Shown in pieces: positions 27,814 through 39,912 of a stretch of 64,000 nucleotides of DNA. Source of the DNA: Eledone cirrhosa (lineage: Eukaryota); the NCBI GenBank assembly GCA_964016885.1, contig OZ024745.1, positions 29,450,001 to 29,514,000 on the forward strand. Reading direction: 5' to 3'. Within the stretch, counting starts at the first letter, position 1; every line of letters starts with the position of its first letter. The position numbers and the translations under genes are program-made. The notes beneath the pieces were generated by a model. That model was given only the letters and a program-made list of their open reading frames with translations, did not search any database and was not told the origin of the DNA.

Positions 27814-27954
27814 CATATATATATATTTGTGGTTGGTATTAGGAAGGGCATCCAGCTGTAAAAAACCTGTCAGAGACACGGTCTCCCGACCATTCCCGCA
27901 TCAAATGGAACAAAACCGTCTAACCCATGCTAGTGTGGAAGATGGACGTTAAAC

Positions 27955-27990
<36 letters not shown>

Positions 27991-28579
27991 ATATATATAT
28001 ATATATATAATCGAAGGGGAGAACATCAGTGATATAAACATTTTCCAATCACATGAAGGATCCATTGAAGTGGTTGATAGCTTCTGTTTATTATTGTGAC
28101 TTAATTAGCAGTGGAGAGCATAGTGGCTAGAATAAGGATAGTAAGGAAGAAGTTTAGAGAGCTACTCCCTCTGTTGACAATAACGGTTTCTCCCTATGTA
28201 CAAAAGGACAACTGCATGATACCTGTGTGCAAAGTGCAATGCAGCATGGTAGAGAATCATGTGTTGTAGCTGCAGAGGACATGCGTAGGCTGGAGAGAAA
28301 TGAAGCAATGTAAATGTGATAAAAAGGCAGAGCTTGGACAAACTCAGGGAGAAATTAGGTTTAAGAGAAATCCTAAGTAGTGTCAACTCCTCTCTGAATT
28401 TCTGAGGTTTAAGGCGAGCACTTACCACCTCTGCCCAGGCCTTCCTTAGTCTACCTCTACTGCAGCTTCCTTCTACTGGGATTTCCTGGCACTTCTTCAC
28501 CCAGGGGCCTTCATCCTTATATATAAATATATATATTTATTAAAATAACAGATTAAAGTTTAAGTAAAGAATATATATC

Positions 28580-28909
28580 ATTTCATTCATTTCATTTTAC
28601 GTCCACTTTTCCCTGCTTGCAAGGGTGGGACGGGAACTGATTCTGGCTTGATTTCACAGCTGGATGCCCTTCCTAACACCAACCTCATTTACAGTGAGTG
28701 CTGGGTGCTTTTTTGCCGTGGCACCTCCACGACCACTTTGCAGTGGAATGATAGGGACCCCAGTTCTATCATCTCATTTCTACAGCTGAGTAAACTGGAG
28801 CAATGTGAAATAAAGTGTTTTGCTCAAGGAAACAACACATCACACGGTCTGAGAATTGAACTCACAACCTTTCGATTGCAATGCTCTAACCACTAAGCCA
28901 TGTGCCTCC
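28580..28909 (-). mobile_element. CORE-type SINE family B
   Basis: Reverse complement of 23712-24038. Confidence 0.85.
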
Positions 28910-29000
28910 ATATATATATATATTAGTAAGTGAGGTTTTTTTACAAAATGAAAAATAACCGAGGTGTCCTACACGAGTGAAAGTATAAAGAAAAAAAGAT

Positions 29001-29251
29001 GAGATCGAAAATGCAACTGGAGTCTTATTTAAAAAAAAATATATATATTTATTTGGTTCCTTTACTGGTTTCGCAGTTCTTCTGCTTTTCAAAAGTAGAG
29101 TTGAGATGGAGGGTCACCAGATGTGAGAAAAACCACAGACCCTCCATCTCAACTCTACTTTTGAAAAGCAGAAGACCTGCGAAACTGGTAAAGGAACCAA
29201 ATAAATATATATATATTTTAAAAAATAAGACTCCAGTTGCATTTTCGATCT
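29001..29251. repeat. Inverted repeat with about 115-bp arms and 22-bp spacer; each arm carries a U3/A8 hammerhead variant
   Basis: Arms 29001-29115 and 29138-29251. Plus arm reads ctt-TTGAAAA-gcag-aagac-ctgc-GAAA-ctgg-TA-aag (29158-29193). Confidence 0.8.
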
Positions 29252-29254
29252 CAC

Positions 29255-29298
<44 letters not shown>

Positions 29299-29389
29299 AA
29301 TTTTAGTACAGCATTAACAAAGCTTTAGTTCACGGCCAAGCTAACGAATGCAAGTTCGGTCTGTAGCTTTAATATATATATATATATAT

Positions 29390-29738
29390 CATCATTCATC
29401 ATCATCATTTCATTTTAAGTCCGCTTTTTCCCTGCTTGCAAGGGTGGGACGGGAACTGATTCTGGTTTGATTTCTACAGCTGGATGCCCTTCCTAACACC
29501 AACCTCATTTACAGTGAGTGCTGGGTGCTTTTTTGCCGTGGCAACTCCACGACCACTTTGCAGTAGAATGATAGGGACCCCAGTCCCTATCATCTTATTT
29601 CTAAAGCTGAGTAAACTGGAGCAATCTGAAATAAAGTGTCTTGCTCAAGGAAACAACACATCACACGGTCTGAGAATTGAACTCACAACCTTTCGATTGC
29701 CAGGCCAATGCTCTAACCACTAAGCCATGTGCCTCCAT
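29390..29738 (-). mobile_element. CORE-type SINE family B
   Basis: Closely matches 28580-28909. Confidence 0.85.
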
Positions 29739-29799
29739 ATATATAAATATATATATACAATAAAATATATATATACAATATGTAGAAAGGGTAACACAC

Positions 29800-29843
<44 letters not shown>

Positions 29844-29850
29844 GAGAGAG

Positions 29851-29886
<36 letters not shown>

Positions 29887-30049
29887 TGCGAGAGAGCTTA
29901 AAAAATCAATAAAACAGGGAAACCACCAGTGTATGGAATCTATAACCTATGGAAGGCAACGTAGACACACAATAATTAAAAATATAAATTAAAATGTGCA
30001 TACGCACCTCTATAACTATATAACACACACGTACAAATCCAAAGAGATA

Positions 30050-30130
<81 letters not shown>

Positions 30131-30135
<5 letters not shown>

Positions 30136-30722
30136 AACATGGGGAGAAGAATACTGCATGGTTGCACATGGATTACATATTATAAAATTAGTTCCTCATC
30201 AGTGATTTGCCAACCATCATTGGTATTTCATCGCATTAAAAATCAGATACCTCAGGTTGGTGCGAGCAATAACTAAAATAAGCTATTGGGACAAGTGAAA
30301 CGCGTAAAGCGAGTGAGACAAGTAAACAACAGAAGGAAAAGCAAACCGAAGGTTGGGAAAACAGCAAGCAACATGATAGTTATCCGATCAGCATAAGCTG
30401 GGTGAATTTCATGAGCGGTCAGAGAAGCAGACCGTACGCCGTGAATGCGGTGTGAGAAAGAAGGAACCCCACTACTAGCGAACGGGAGGAAGTGAGAAGG
30501 GGAGAAACAGAGAGTGAGTGAGTGGAAGTGCGAGGAAGAGGTCAGTCGAGAGAAAGTGTTAACTGACAGAGGGGGCGAAAGAGGGTAAGAGAAACAGAGA
30601 GAACGGGGGAGCAGTAAGAGAGAAAGAGAGAAACAGATAATCGCAGTTTAGGTAAATATATATGAAAAACAAGGGGAGAAGAATACTGCATGGTTGCACA
30701 TGGATTACATATTATAAAATTA
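30131..30722 (-). mobile_element. Retrozyme-like non-coding element, 532-bp period with 60-bp terminal direct repeats
   Basis: Repeats at 30131-30190 and 30663-30722 (1 mismatch), (TA)n on both sides, no credible ORF, contains the permuted HHR motif. Confidence 0.65.
30191..30292 (-). ncRNA. Candidate non-circularly permuted hammerhead ribozyme, copy 1
   Basis: Minus strand: gtcc-caatagct-tatttt-agttattg-c-tcgc-a-ccaacc-tga-ggtaTC-tgatttt-taat-gcga-t-GAAA-tacc-aat-gat-ggttgg-caaatca-CTGATGA-g-gaac. Confidence 0.7.
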
Positions 30723-31926
30723 TATATATATATATATATATATACCAAGAAAAAGCAGGGCAGAGGTGGTGAGAATTGATCTCAAGTCTCTGAGGCTCAA
30801 AGAAGAGATGACGAAGGAACACGATGAGTAGAGAGATTTAATGATGATGATATGACTGTGTGAGTATGTTGTCTATTGACCATAGTTATATCTATCATAT
30901 TGTGTGTGATATCATGTTACATACACACTGGACTGTAAAATATCATATTGGATATCCTTCTACTGGATACTGGTTATGAGAATAACATTTGATCTGATTG
31001 GCTGTTTATGTATATGATGTAATTAGAGCAGCATCGACAACAACAATAGCCACATCATTGGCAACAATACTAGCAGTAGCAGCAACAACAACAACAACAG
31101 CAGCAATAGCAACAACAACAACTACAGCTACAGCAACAACAATGACAGCAATACCAACAACATCACCACGACTAACAACACCAACTACAACATTAGTGGT
31201 GATGGCATTACTGGTGATAGGGTGTGTGGTGGCAGTATGGTGGGGTTGTTAATGGTTTTAAACCAGTGTAATATGTATACTGTTAATATATATGTATAAC
31301 TGTTATATATATATAACCCATGCTAGCGTGGAAAGAGGACGTTAAACGATGATGATGATAATGATGATATATTTGTGTGTGAGCATGTATGAATTTCGGC
31401 TCATTTAAACAAAAATCTACTGAAGATATTTACCAAAGAAATTGATGTCCAGTGCGTAGAAGTGAAGCAAATTATGTGTACACGTGTCTTTGAAATGCTC
31501 AGCTACTTGCATGTTAATATCATGAGTAAGTTGTTTTGTTCACCACATAACTGGAACACTTGCAGAAACCAACAAAACTCCATTCTATGCTCCAAACCAT
31601 AACTTCCTGACAGAAGTAATTTCATCATCATCTTCAACTTTTTCTCTGCTGGTATGAGTTGGATGGATTGTGATAATTAGAGCAACTTCATCTTATAATA
31701 ATAAGAATGAAATTATTGTGTTGTTCCTACATTCCATATTTGGTATGCTTTCTGTGGTTGAATGCCTTTTCCAATGCCAACAACCTTATAAAGTGTGTTT
31801 TTTCCATGGCATCAGCACTACCACCTTACATAGTGGACTAGGTGTCTTTTTGAAATGGCATCAGCACTACCACTTTACTGCATGGGCTGGGTATCTTTTT
31901 GTCATGGTATCAACACTACCACTTAT

Positions 31927-33755
31927 CTAGGTGGACTGGGTGTCTTTTTGTCATGACATCAGCACTACCACTTAACTAGGTAGACTGGGTGTCTTTTTGT
32001 CATGACATCAACACTACCACTTAACTAGGTGGACTGGGTGTCTTTTTGTCATGACATCAGCACTACCACTTAACTAGGTGGACTGGGTGTCTTTTTGTCA
32101 TAACATCAGCACTACCACTTTACTAGGTGGACTGGGTGTCTTTTTGTCATGACATCAGCACTACCACTTAACTAGGTGGACTGGGTGTCTTTTTGTCATG
32201 GCATCAGCACTACCACTTAACTAGGTGGACTGGGTGTCTTTTTGTCATGACATCAGCACTACCACTTAACTAGGTGGACTGGGTGTCTTTTTGACATGGC
32301 ATCAGCACTACCACTTAACTAGGTGGACTGGGTGTCTTTTTGTCATGACATCAGCACTACCACTTAACTAGGTGGACTGGGTGTCTTTTTGTCATGACAT
32401 CAGCACTACCACTTAACTAGGTGGACTGGGTGTCTTTTTGTCATGGCATCAGCACTACCACTTAACTAGGTGGACTGGGTGTCTTTTTGTCATGGCATCA
32501 GCACTACCACTTAACTAGGTGGACTGGGTGTCTTTTTGTCATGGCATCAGCACTACCACTTAACTAGGTGGACTGGGTGTCTTTTTGTCATGGCATCAGC
32601 ACTACCACTTTACTAGGTGGACTGGGTGTCTTTTTGTCATGGCATCAGCACTACCACTTTACTAGGTGGACTGGGTATCTTTTTGTCATGACATCAGCAC
32701 TACCACTTAACTAGGTGGACTGGGTGTCTTTTTGTCATGGCATCAGCACTACCACTTAACTAGGTGGACTGGGTGTCTTTTTGTCATGGCATCAGCACTA
32801 CCACTTAACTAGGTGGACTGGGTGTCTTTTTGTCATGGCATCAGCACTACCACTTTACTAGGTGGACTGGGTGTCTTTTTGTCATGACATCAGCACTACC
32901 ACTTAACTAGGTGGACTGGGTGTCTTTTTGTCATGACATCAGCACTACCACTTTACTAGGTGGACTGGGTGTCTTTTTGTCATGGCATCAGCACTACCAC
33001 TTAATTAGGTGGACTGGGTGTCTTTTTGTCATGACATCAGCACTACCACTTAACTAGGTGGACTGGGTGTCTTTTTGTCATGACATCAGCACTACCACTT
33101 AACTAGGTGGACTGGGTGTCTTTTTGTCATGGCATCAGCACTACCACTTTACTAGGTGGACTGGGTGTCTTTTTGTCATGACATCAGCACTACCACTTAA
33201 CTAGGTGGACTGGGTGTCTTTTTGTCATGACATCAGCACTACCACTTAACTAGGTGGACTGGGTGTCTTTTTGTCATGGCATCAGCACTACCACTTAACT
33301 AGGTGGACTGGGTGTCTTTTTGTCATGACATCAGCACTACCACTTTACTAGGTGGACTGGGTGTCTTTTTGTCATGACATCAGCACTACCACTTAACTAG
33401 GTGGACTGGGTGTCTTTTTGTCATGGCATCAGCACTACCACTTAACTAGGTGGACTGGGTGTCTTTTTGTCATGACATCAGCACTACCACTTAACTAGGT
33501 GGACTGGGTGTCTTTTTGTCATGACATCAGCACTACCACTTAACTAGGTGGACTGGGTGTCTTTTTGTCATGACATCAGCACTACCACTTAACTAGGTGG
33601 ACTGGGTGTCTTTTTGTCATGACATCAGCACTACCACTTAACTAGGTGGACTGGGTGTCTTTTTGTCATAACATCAGCACTACCACTTAACTAGGTGGAC
33701 TGGGTGTCTTTTTGTCATGACATCAGCACTACCACTTAACTAGGTGGACTGGGTG
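31927..33755. repeat. 49-bp minisatellite, about 37 copies
   Basis: Unit ctaggtggactgggtgtctttttgtcatgRcatcagcactaccacttWa. Degenerate units lie upstream from about 31790. Confidence 0.97.
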
Positions 33756-34435
33756 CTGTTTATCATAGCGCCAGTTCTACCATCTCACAGAGTGGGCTGA
33801 TATATTTTATCATGTCACCAGTACTCATTACAACATTTTGGTGCTTGTTCTGTTCTTGCACTGGCTGGAGAGGCAGTGATGAAAATGGGGGTGTAAGAAA
33901 AGAGGGAGCTATATGTTGCTTGCTAAGAGAGGCGATCACCCCACAGTTGGGGAGCAAGTCTCATGTCATGGGAATAGCCTTGATGAGAATGAGATGCTGT
34001 GTACTGTGGGGTGTGTCTGGCTTTCCAGGCAGGTATGGATTGGACAAGAAAGGGGAATTGGGGATGTGGCAGGGGTTGAGGGAGCACATTGTCATGATCA
34101 TCATCATAACCATCATCATAATCAACATCATGATTATCATCATCATCACCACCAACCCACCTCCATGTGCATCCTGCTTTGTATGCTGGTATGGGTTGGG
34201 GTAGGAGGGAGATCAATGATGTGGATGGGGAAGGATGAAGGTTGGGGACTTAGATAGTGAGCAAGGTATGACGGAGTGGGGTGAGAGAAAGAGAGGGGAG
34301 GTTAATGGTATGGAGTTACAAAGCTGCTCATGATTTGGCTGCACATCAGTAAATATGTTTTGCTCTCTGAAACAATCATGAAACAATGGATTAATTAACT
34401 ACTGCACCTTAACTTTGCCATTGTTCAGCATTATA

Positions 34436-34633
<198 letters not shown>

Positions 34634-34653
34634 TGTGCATATATATATATATA

Positions 34654-34684
<31 letters not shown>

Positions 34685-34686
34685 GT

Positions 34687-37090
34687 ATCATCATCATCAT
34701 CATCATCGTTTAACGTCCATGTTCCACGCTTGCATGGGTTTGGACGGGAGTTTTCTCACTTGCTGCTACTTATTGCACCAGAGCACCGGCCACATATAAA
34801 ATCTATATTCTTAGTTAGCTTACCTGTGATCCCATTACATCTTTTATGCACCCATACTTTGCATTTGGGACATAAAATGGAGTTTCTGCCTACTCCTTTC
34901 CTACACACTGAGCATGGCCATTTCCTGGATGGGACCGGTGCCCTATTTTCCTTCCTACAAACTAGAACTTTAGTCTTAGCCAGGTTAATTTTAAGGCCTT
35001 TTGATTCTAGGCCATGCTTCCATGTTTGGAATTTCTTCTCTAGTTCGGCCATTGATTCAGCTATGAGCGTTAGATCATCTGCGTATAGGAGTTCCCATGG
35101 GCAGCCGGTCTTGAACTCCACTGTTATAGCCTGAAGGGCAATAATAAATAGTAGGGGGCTAAAAACGGAGCCCTGATGAACACCAACTTTTACGCTAAAC
35201 TCTTCACTATATTCGTTGTTAACTCTAACCTTGCTGACTGTTTCTTTATACATGGCTTGTATAGCTCTCACAAGCCATTCATCTACACCTAGTTTTCTAA
35301 GAGCCCACCAGATAATGGAATGGGGGACTCTGTCGAAGGCTTTCTCCAAGTCGACAAAACCTAAGTATAGGGGTTTACTTTTAGCTAGGTACTTCTCCTG
35401 TAGTTGTCGTACAATGAAAAGAGCGTCTGTGGTACTTTTGCCTGACACAAACCCGAACTGCATTTCATCTAGATCAATTCTCTCTCTGATTAGTTGCGCT
35501 ATTACTTTTTCTGTGACCTTCATGACCTGGTCGATTAATTTAATGCCTCTATAGTTACTCCTATCCAGGGCATCTCCTTTACCCTTGTAGCAGTTAATGA
35601 TGATGCTGCTACGCCAGTCCTTCGGAACACCCCATTCTGTATGACTTGGTTTACTATCCGGGTGACCATGGTGTGTTCTACCGTTCCAGAAGCTTTCAGC
35701 ATTTCAGCAACTATTTCCGAAGGCCCAGCCGCCTTACCCGTCTTCATATCTTTGATTGCCTTACTTATTATACTATTTTCGACTAACACTGCTGGTCCCT
35801 CTATTGGGTCGATGTGGAGGAGACTGTCTTTCTCCCATTTATTCTCCTCATTTAGTAGCCTTTCATAGTGACACTTCCAAGCTACCTTCTTATCAGCATC
35901 AGTGATGGCAAGTACACCATCATCATTAAGTACACACTTATCCCCGACAATATCATGGTTTTCCTTGACACATTGCCTAGCAATCCTGAACACCTCACGT
36001 TTTTGGTCCTCGCGTTGTAGAACATGCTTGAACTTTCTTTCCTCTGCTTCCCTTCTTGCGAAGTGCACTTGTCTCCTAGCTTCCCTCCTGGCCACTTGAT
36101 AGTCTTCTCTACTCCCCCCAGCCCGCCATACTTTCCAAGCCTGCTTTTTGGCCTTAATTGACTCCTCCACCTTACTGTTCCACCACCATGTTACTCTCCT
36201 CCTGCCTATAGGCCTGCTCCAGCCACAGACTTTGTCTGCCGCCATCAGCACGTTTGCTTTCAGGAATTCCCACTGTTCCTCTATATTGTATGACTCTAAA
36301 TGCTCTTCCTTACTGTCAAAAGCATCAAGTAATATGCTTTTAACTTTATTACTGGCTGTGGGGTCCTTTAACTTCCATATTTTTCTCCTGGGGATAGTCC
36401 TCTTCTGTTGTCGAGTACGTCTCATCCTGACTATGAGGTCGCTAATTATGAGTCTATGTTGAGAGGTGCATTCTTCATGGGGGAGGGATTTAGTGTTTAC
36501 AACAGACACTCTGTCACGTCTCTGGTAAGGATATAATCTACCTGGCTTGTGTGTTCCCCCCATCTATAGGTGATCAAGTAATTGTCTCATTTTTTGAAGT
36601 TAGTGTTACAGATAGTTAGGTTATTTGCATCACAGAATTCCAGGATTCTGGAGCCTTCCTCATTTCTAGTACCAAACCCATAGCGTCCACGGATTCCATC
36701 ATAGCCATCACTATGTTGACCAACGTGACCATTTAGGTCGCCAGCAATAATTATATAGTCACTGTCGGTTATTTGGGAGGTAGTGAGCATCAGTGTCTCA
36801 TAGAATCTGTCTTTTATAGTGCCGGGCAGTCCGGATTGGGGTGCGTACACAGATATGTTAGCCATCCGCGGCCGAAACAAAGAGGAGGAGTCCTTGCATG
36901 CTCGTCCATGAGGTGAATTTGTCTTTATCTTTGGCATTGTCACTGAGTGTCTAGATTTTTTTCTTTTCAAACTCTCCAGAATTCCGTCGTCCATCCATCA
37001 TATCGAAAGGCAACCAGGTAAGCGATAGCATAGGGCGCTGACTTATGATTGGCTTACATAATAATGGTGGTGTGTGGGGGTGGGTGGGAG
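34687..37090 (-). mobile_element. RTE LINE copy 2 with two internal deletions
   Basis: ORF pieces 36587-36994, 35535-36563 and 34756-35523 are homologous to copy 1 (YADD intact); (GAT)n tail. Confidence 0.92.
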
Positions 37091-37255
37091 GGATATTGGG
37101 TACTTAGCGAGAAGGTTAAAGTTTAAATAAGGTTTAAATATGTGTGTTGGTATGTATATCATATAGATCTATGTAAAAATATTACAAACTATCAGAGGAA
37201 ATATACATACCTTCACATATATATGCTGTCTTCAGAAATGATATATATGAAAATG

Positions 37256-37288
<33 letters not shown>

Positions 37289-37434
37289 CATATCAGTTCC
37301 CATATGAGCAAGACAAGGTCAGTCGACCAGACACTTCCCACAACAGGACAACCCATCTAACCCATGCTAGTGTGGAAGAATAGACGTAAAACGGTGATGA
37401 TGATGATACATATTTATTACATATACATATAAAT

Positions 37435-37717
37435 ATAATAATAATGAATATGAATAATAATGAAATTATTGTGTACAGTGCTCAGGTGCACTACAACTCA
37501 TCAAATGTGCATGTATAGTACATAGAATAATGTACAAATGTCAGGAAAGTGAACAGTGTATGAGTCATGATATACATGTGTGCATGTGTATGGCGGGGTG
37601 GATATCAGGTGTAGTGTTGGCGAATTTCAGGAACCATGGGGGTTTTAAAGGATGCGGTGTCTCGGCAGCTAACAACTGATGCAGGTAGTTTGTTCCATGC
37701 TTCAGCAACTTTGAGCG
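37435..37717 (-). mobile_element. CR1 3' fragment
   Basis: Reverse complement of 10148-10410. Confidence 0.85.
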
Positions 37718-37937
37718 ATATATATATCATCATTTCATCATTTCATTTAACGTCCACTTTTTCCCTGCTTGCAAGGGTGGGACGGGAACTGATTCTGGCT
37801 TAATTTCTACAGCTGGATGCCCTTCCTAACACCAACCTCATCCCACACACCACCATTATTATGTAAGCCAATCATAAGTCAGCGCCCTATGCTATCGCTT
37901 ACCTGGTTGCCTTTCGATATGTATATATATATATATA

Positions 37938-38227
37938 CAGGGTGCCCCCAAAAATATATATACTATTCTAATAAATAATTGTTTCTACTTTAGGCACAAG
38001 GCCAGCAATTACCCAATGCATTACTGGTACTTTATTTTATCGACCCCGTAAGGATGAAAGGCAAAGTCAACCTCGGCGGGATTTGAACTCAGATCGTACA
38101 GGGACGTAACTATGCTGGAAAGCATGGCGTCCGACCCTCTACCGATACTGCCAATCCACCGCCCTATTCTAATAAATAATGCCTGTACAGGTAATCAAAG
38201 TATGTATACATTTTTGGGAGACACCAT
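37938..38227. mobile_element. Tc1/mariner-type MITE interrupted by a family A SINE (37980-38163, minus)
   Basis: Imperfect TIR cagggtgcccccaaaaat/atttttgggagacacc. The SINE is flanked by the 17-bp TSD ctattctaataaataat (37963-37979, 38164-38180). Confidence 0.75.
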
Positions 38228-38404
38228 ATATATATTTATATATATCACACTCTATAGTTTTGGTATACTCAATGACACGTAATGAGATATCACTTTTCTT
38301 CCACAAATATATATATATATTTCATTTATGTTGTGTGGTTTAGCAATGGGTAGATCTTGTCATTCCAGTTAAATAAATATATATCTATGTATATTTATTT
38401 ACTG

Positions 38405-38697
38405 CATATCATTCCACTGCAAAGTGGTCGAGGAGGTGCCACGGCAAAAAAGCACCCAGCCCACACTGTAAAGTGGACGTGTAGGCGCCACGGAAAAAAA
38501 GCACCCATTACTCACTGTAAATGAGGTTGGTGTTAGGAAGGGCATCCAGCTGTAGAAATCAAGCCAGAATCAGTTCCCGTATGAGCAAGACAAGGTCAGC
38601 CGACCAGACACTGCTCACAACAGGACAACCCGTCTAACCCATGCTAGCATGGAAGAACAGATGTAAAAACGGTGATGATGATGATGATGATGATGAT
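38405..38697 (+). mobile_element. 3' part of SINE family B (long-tail subfamily)
   Basis: Matches 54890-55172; (GAT)n tail. Confidence 0.8.
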
Positions 38698-39156
38698 GTA
38701 TATATAGATATACACACAAATACACACATACACACACATATATATATACATATATTTATATATATATAATATAATGTAATATATATATCTGTTGATATTT
38801 GTCCTGGGCTGAATAACACTCTGAAACATTGTTATCTGTTTATGTGTGAGAATCAGCCATATTGGAATCACGTTCATGTGTAAGTAGGTTAGTTAATAAA
38901 GGAGAGATAGAAGATTGGAAGAAGAAGAAGAAGAAGAAGAAGGAAGAAATATCTGAAATAAAATAAATGGACAGCCCCCCCCCCCCTCTTCCAAAAAAAC
39001 AAAAACAAAAAAAAATAACAACCCACCATAACAGACTGGCTTAGAATTCATTAATATGGCTTTCATGACAACAAATACAAGATTAATACAATGTACAACT
39101 GACATCATTGATTTTCTCAGCCAAGTTCATTCAAATCAGTCTCTTGATAACACGTT

Positions 39157-39912
39157 TTAACCCATTCATTACCATATTTCTAATAAAAGACACTACCTAT
39201 GACTTTGAAATCATTTTCAAAATAATCAAGAATTTAGAGGGATTTAGCAATATGACAAATTTTATCATTATTATGCTGACATTTGGGGTATAACTTAACA
39301 AAGATTTTTACATAAAATTATTATGGAAGGCTTTTTAGATAAATATAAACACTTTAACCCATTCATTACCATATTTCTAATAAAAGACGCGACTTTGAAA
39401 TCATTTTCAAAATAATCAAGAATTTAGAGGGATTTAGCAATATAACAATTTTTTTCATTATTATGCTGATTTTTGGAGAATAACTGAACAAAGATTCTTA
39501 CATAAAATTATAATTGACGGTTTTTAAATAAATATAAATACTCTAATCCTTTGGTTACCACATTCCTAATAAAAGACACTGCTTACAATTTGAAATCATT
39601 TTGAAAATAATCAATAATTTGGAGTGGTTTAGTAATATAACTAACTTTTTCATTATTAAGTTGGTGTTTGGAATGTAACAAAATTATAGTGCACAGCCTA
39701 TGATTTTCAAACCACTTTGAAATCACTTGGAAAATTATCAAGAATTTGGAAGGATGTAGTAATATAACAATCTCTCTCATTATTAAGCTGATGTTTGGAA
39801 TGTAACAAAATTACTGTGTAAGGTTTTCAGATAAATATAAACACTTTATAACAAACAGTTTTGTATCATAAATCCAGAGGCATTTTCAGGAGGTTTACTA
39901 TCAAAAGAGCTA
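39157..39912 (+). mobile_element. AT-rich piggyBac-like MITE with about 190-bp internal tandem units
   Basis: Units start ttaaccc...ttaccatatttc at about 39157, 39354 and 39544; right end atcaaaagagctaa. Related tracts at 16090-16710, 21160-21400, 27040-27300 and 51400-52040 (minus). Confidence 0.55.

Noticed and set aside
30255-30270. TGG-starting primer-binding site of an LTR/TRIM element
   Set aside because: It is not adjacent to the direct repeat, I cannot match it to a tRNA 3' end, and it is better explained as paired helices of the RNA motif.
31927-33755. Possible CRISPR array
   Set aside because: Units are contiguous and near-identical with no unique spacers; there are no cas genes and the context is eukaryotic.
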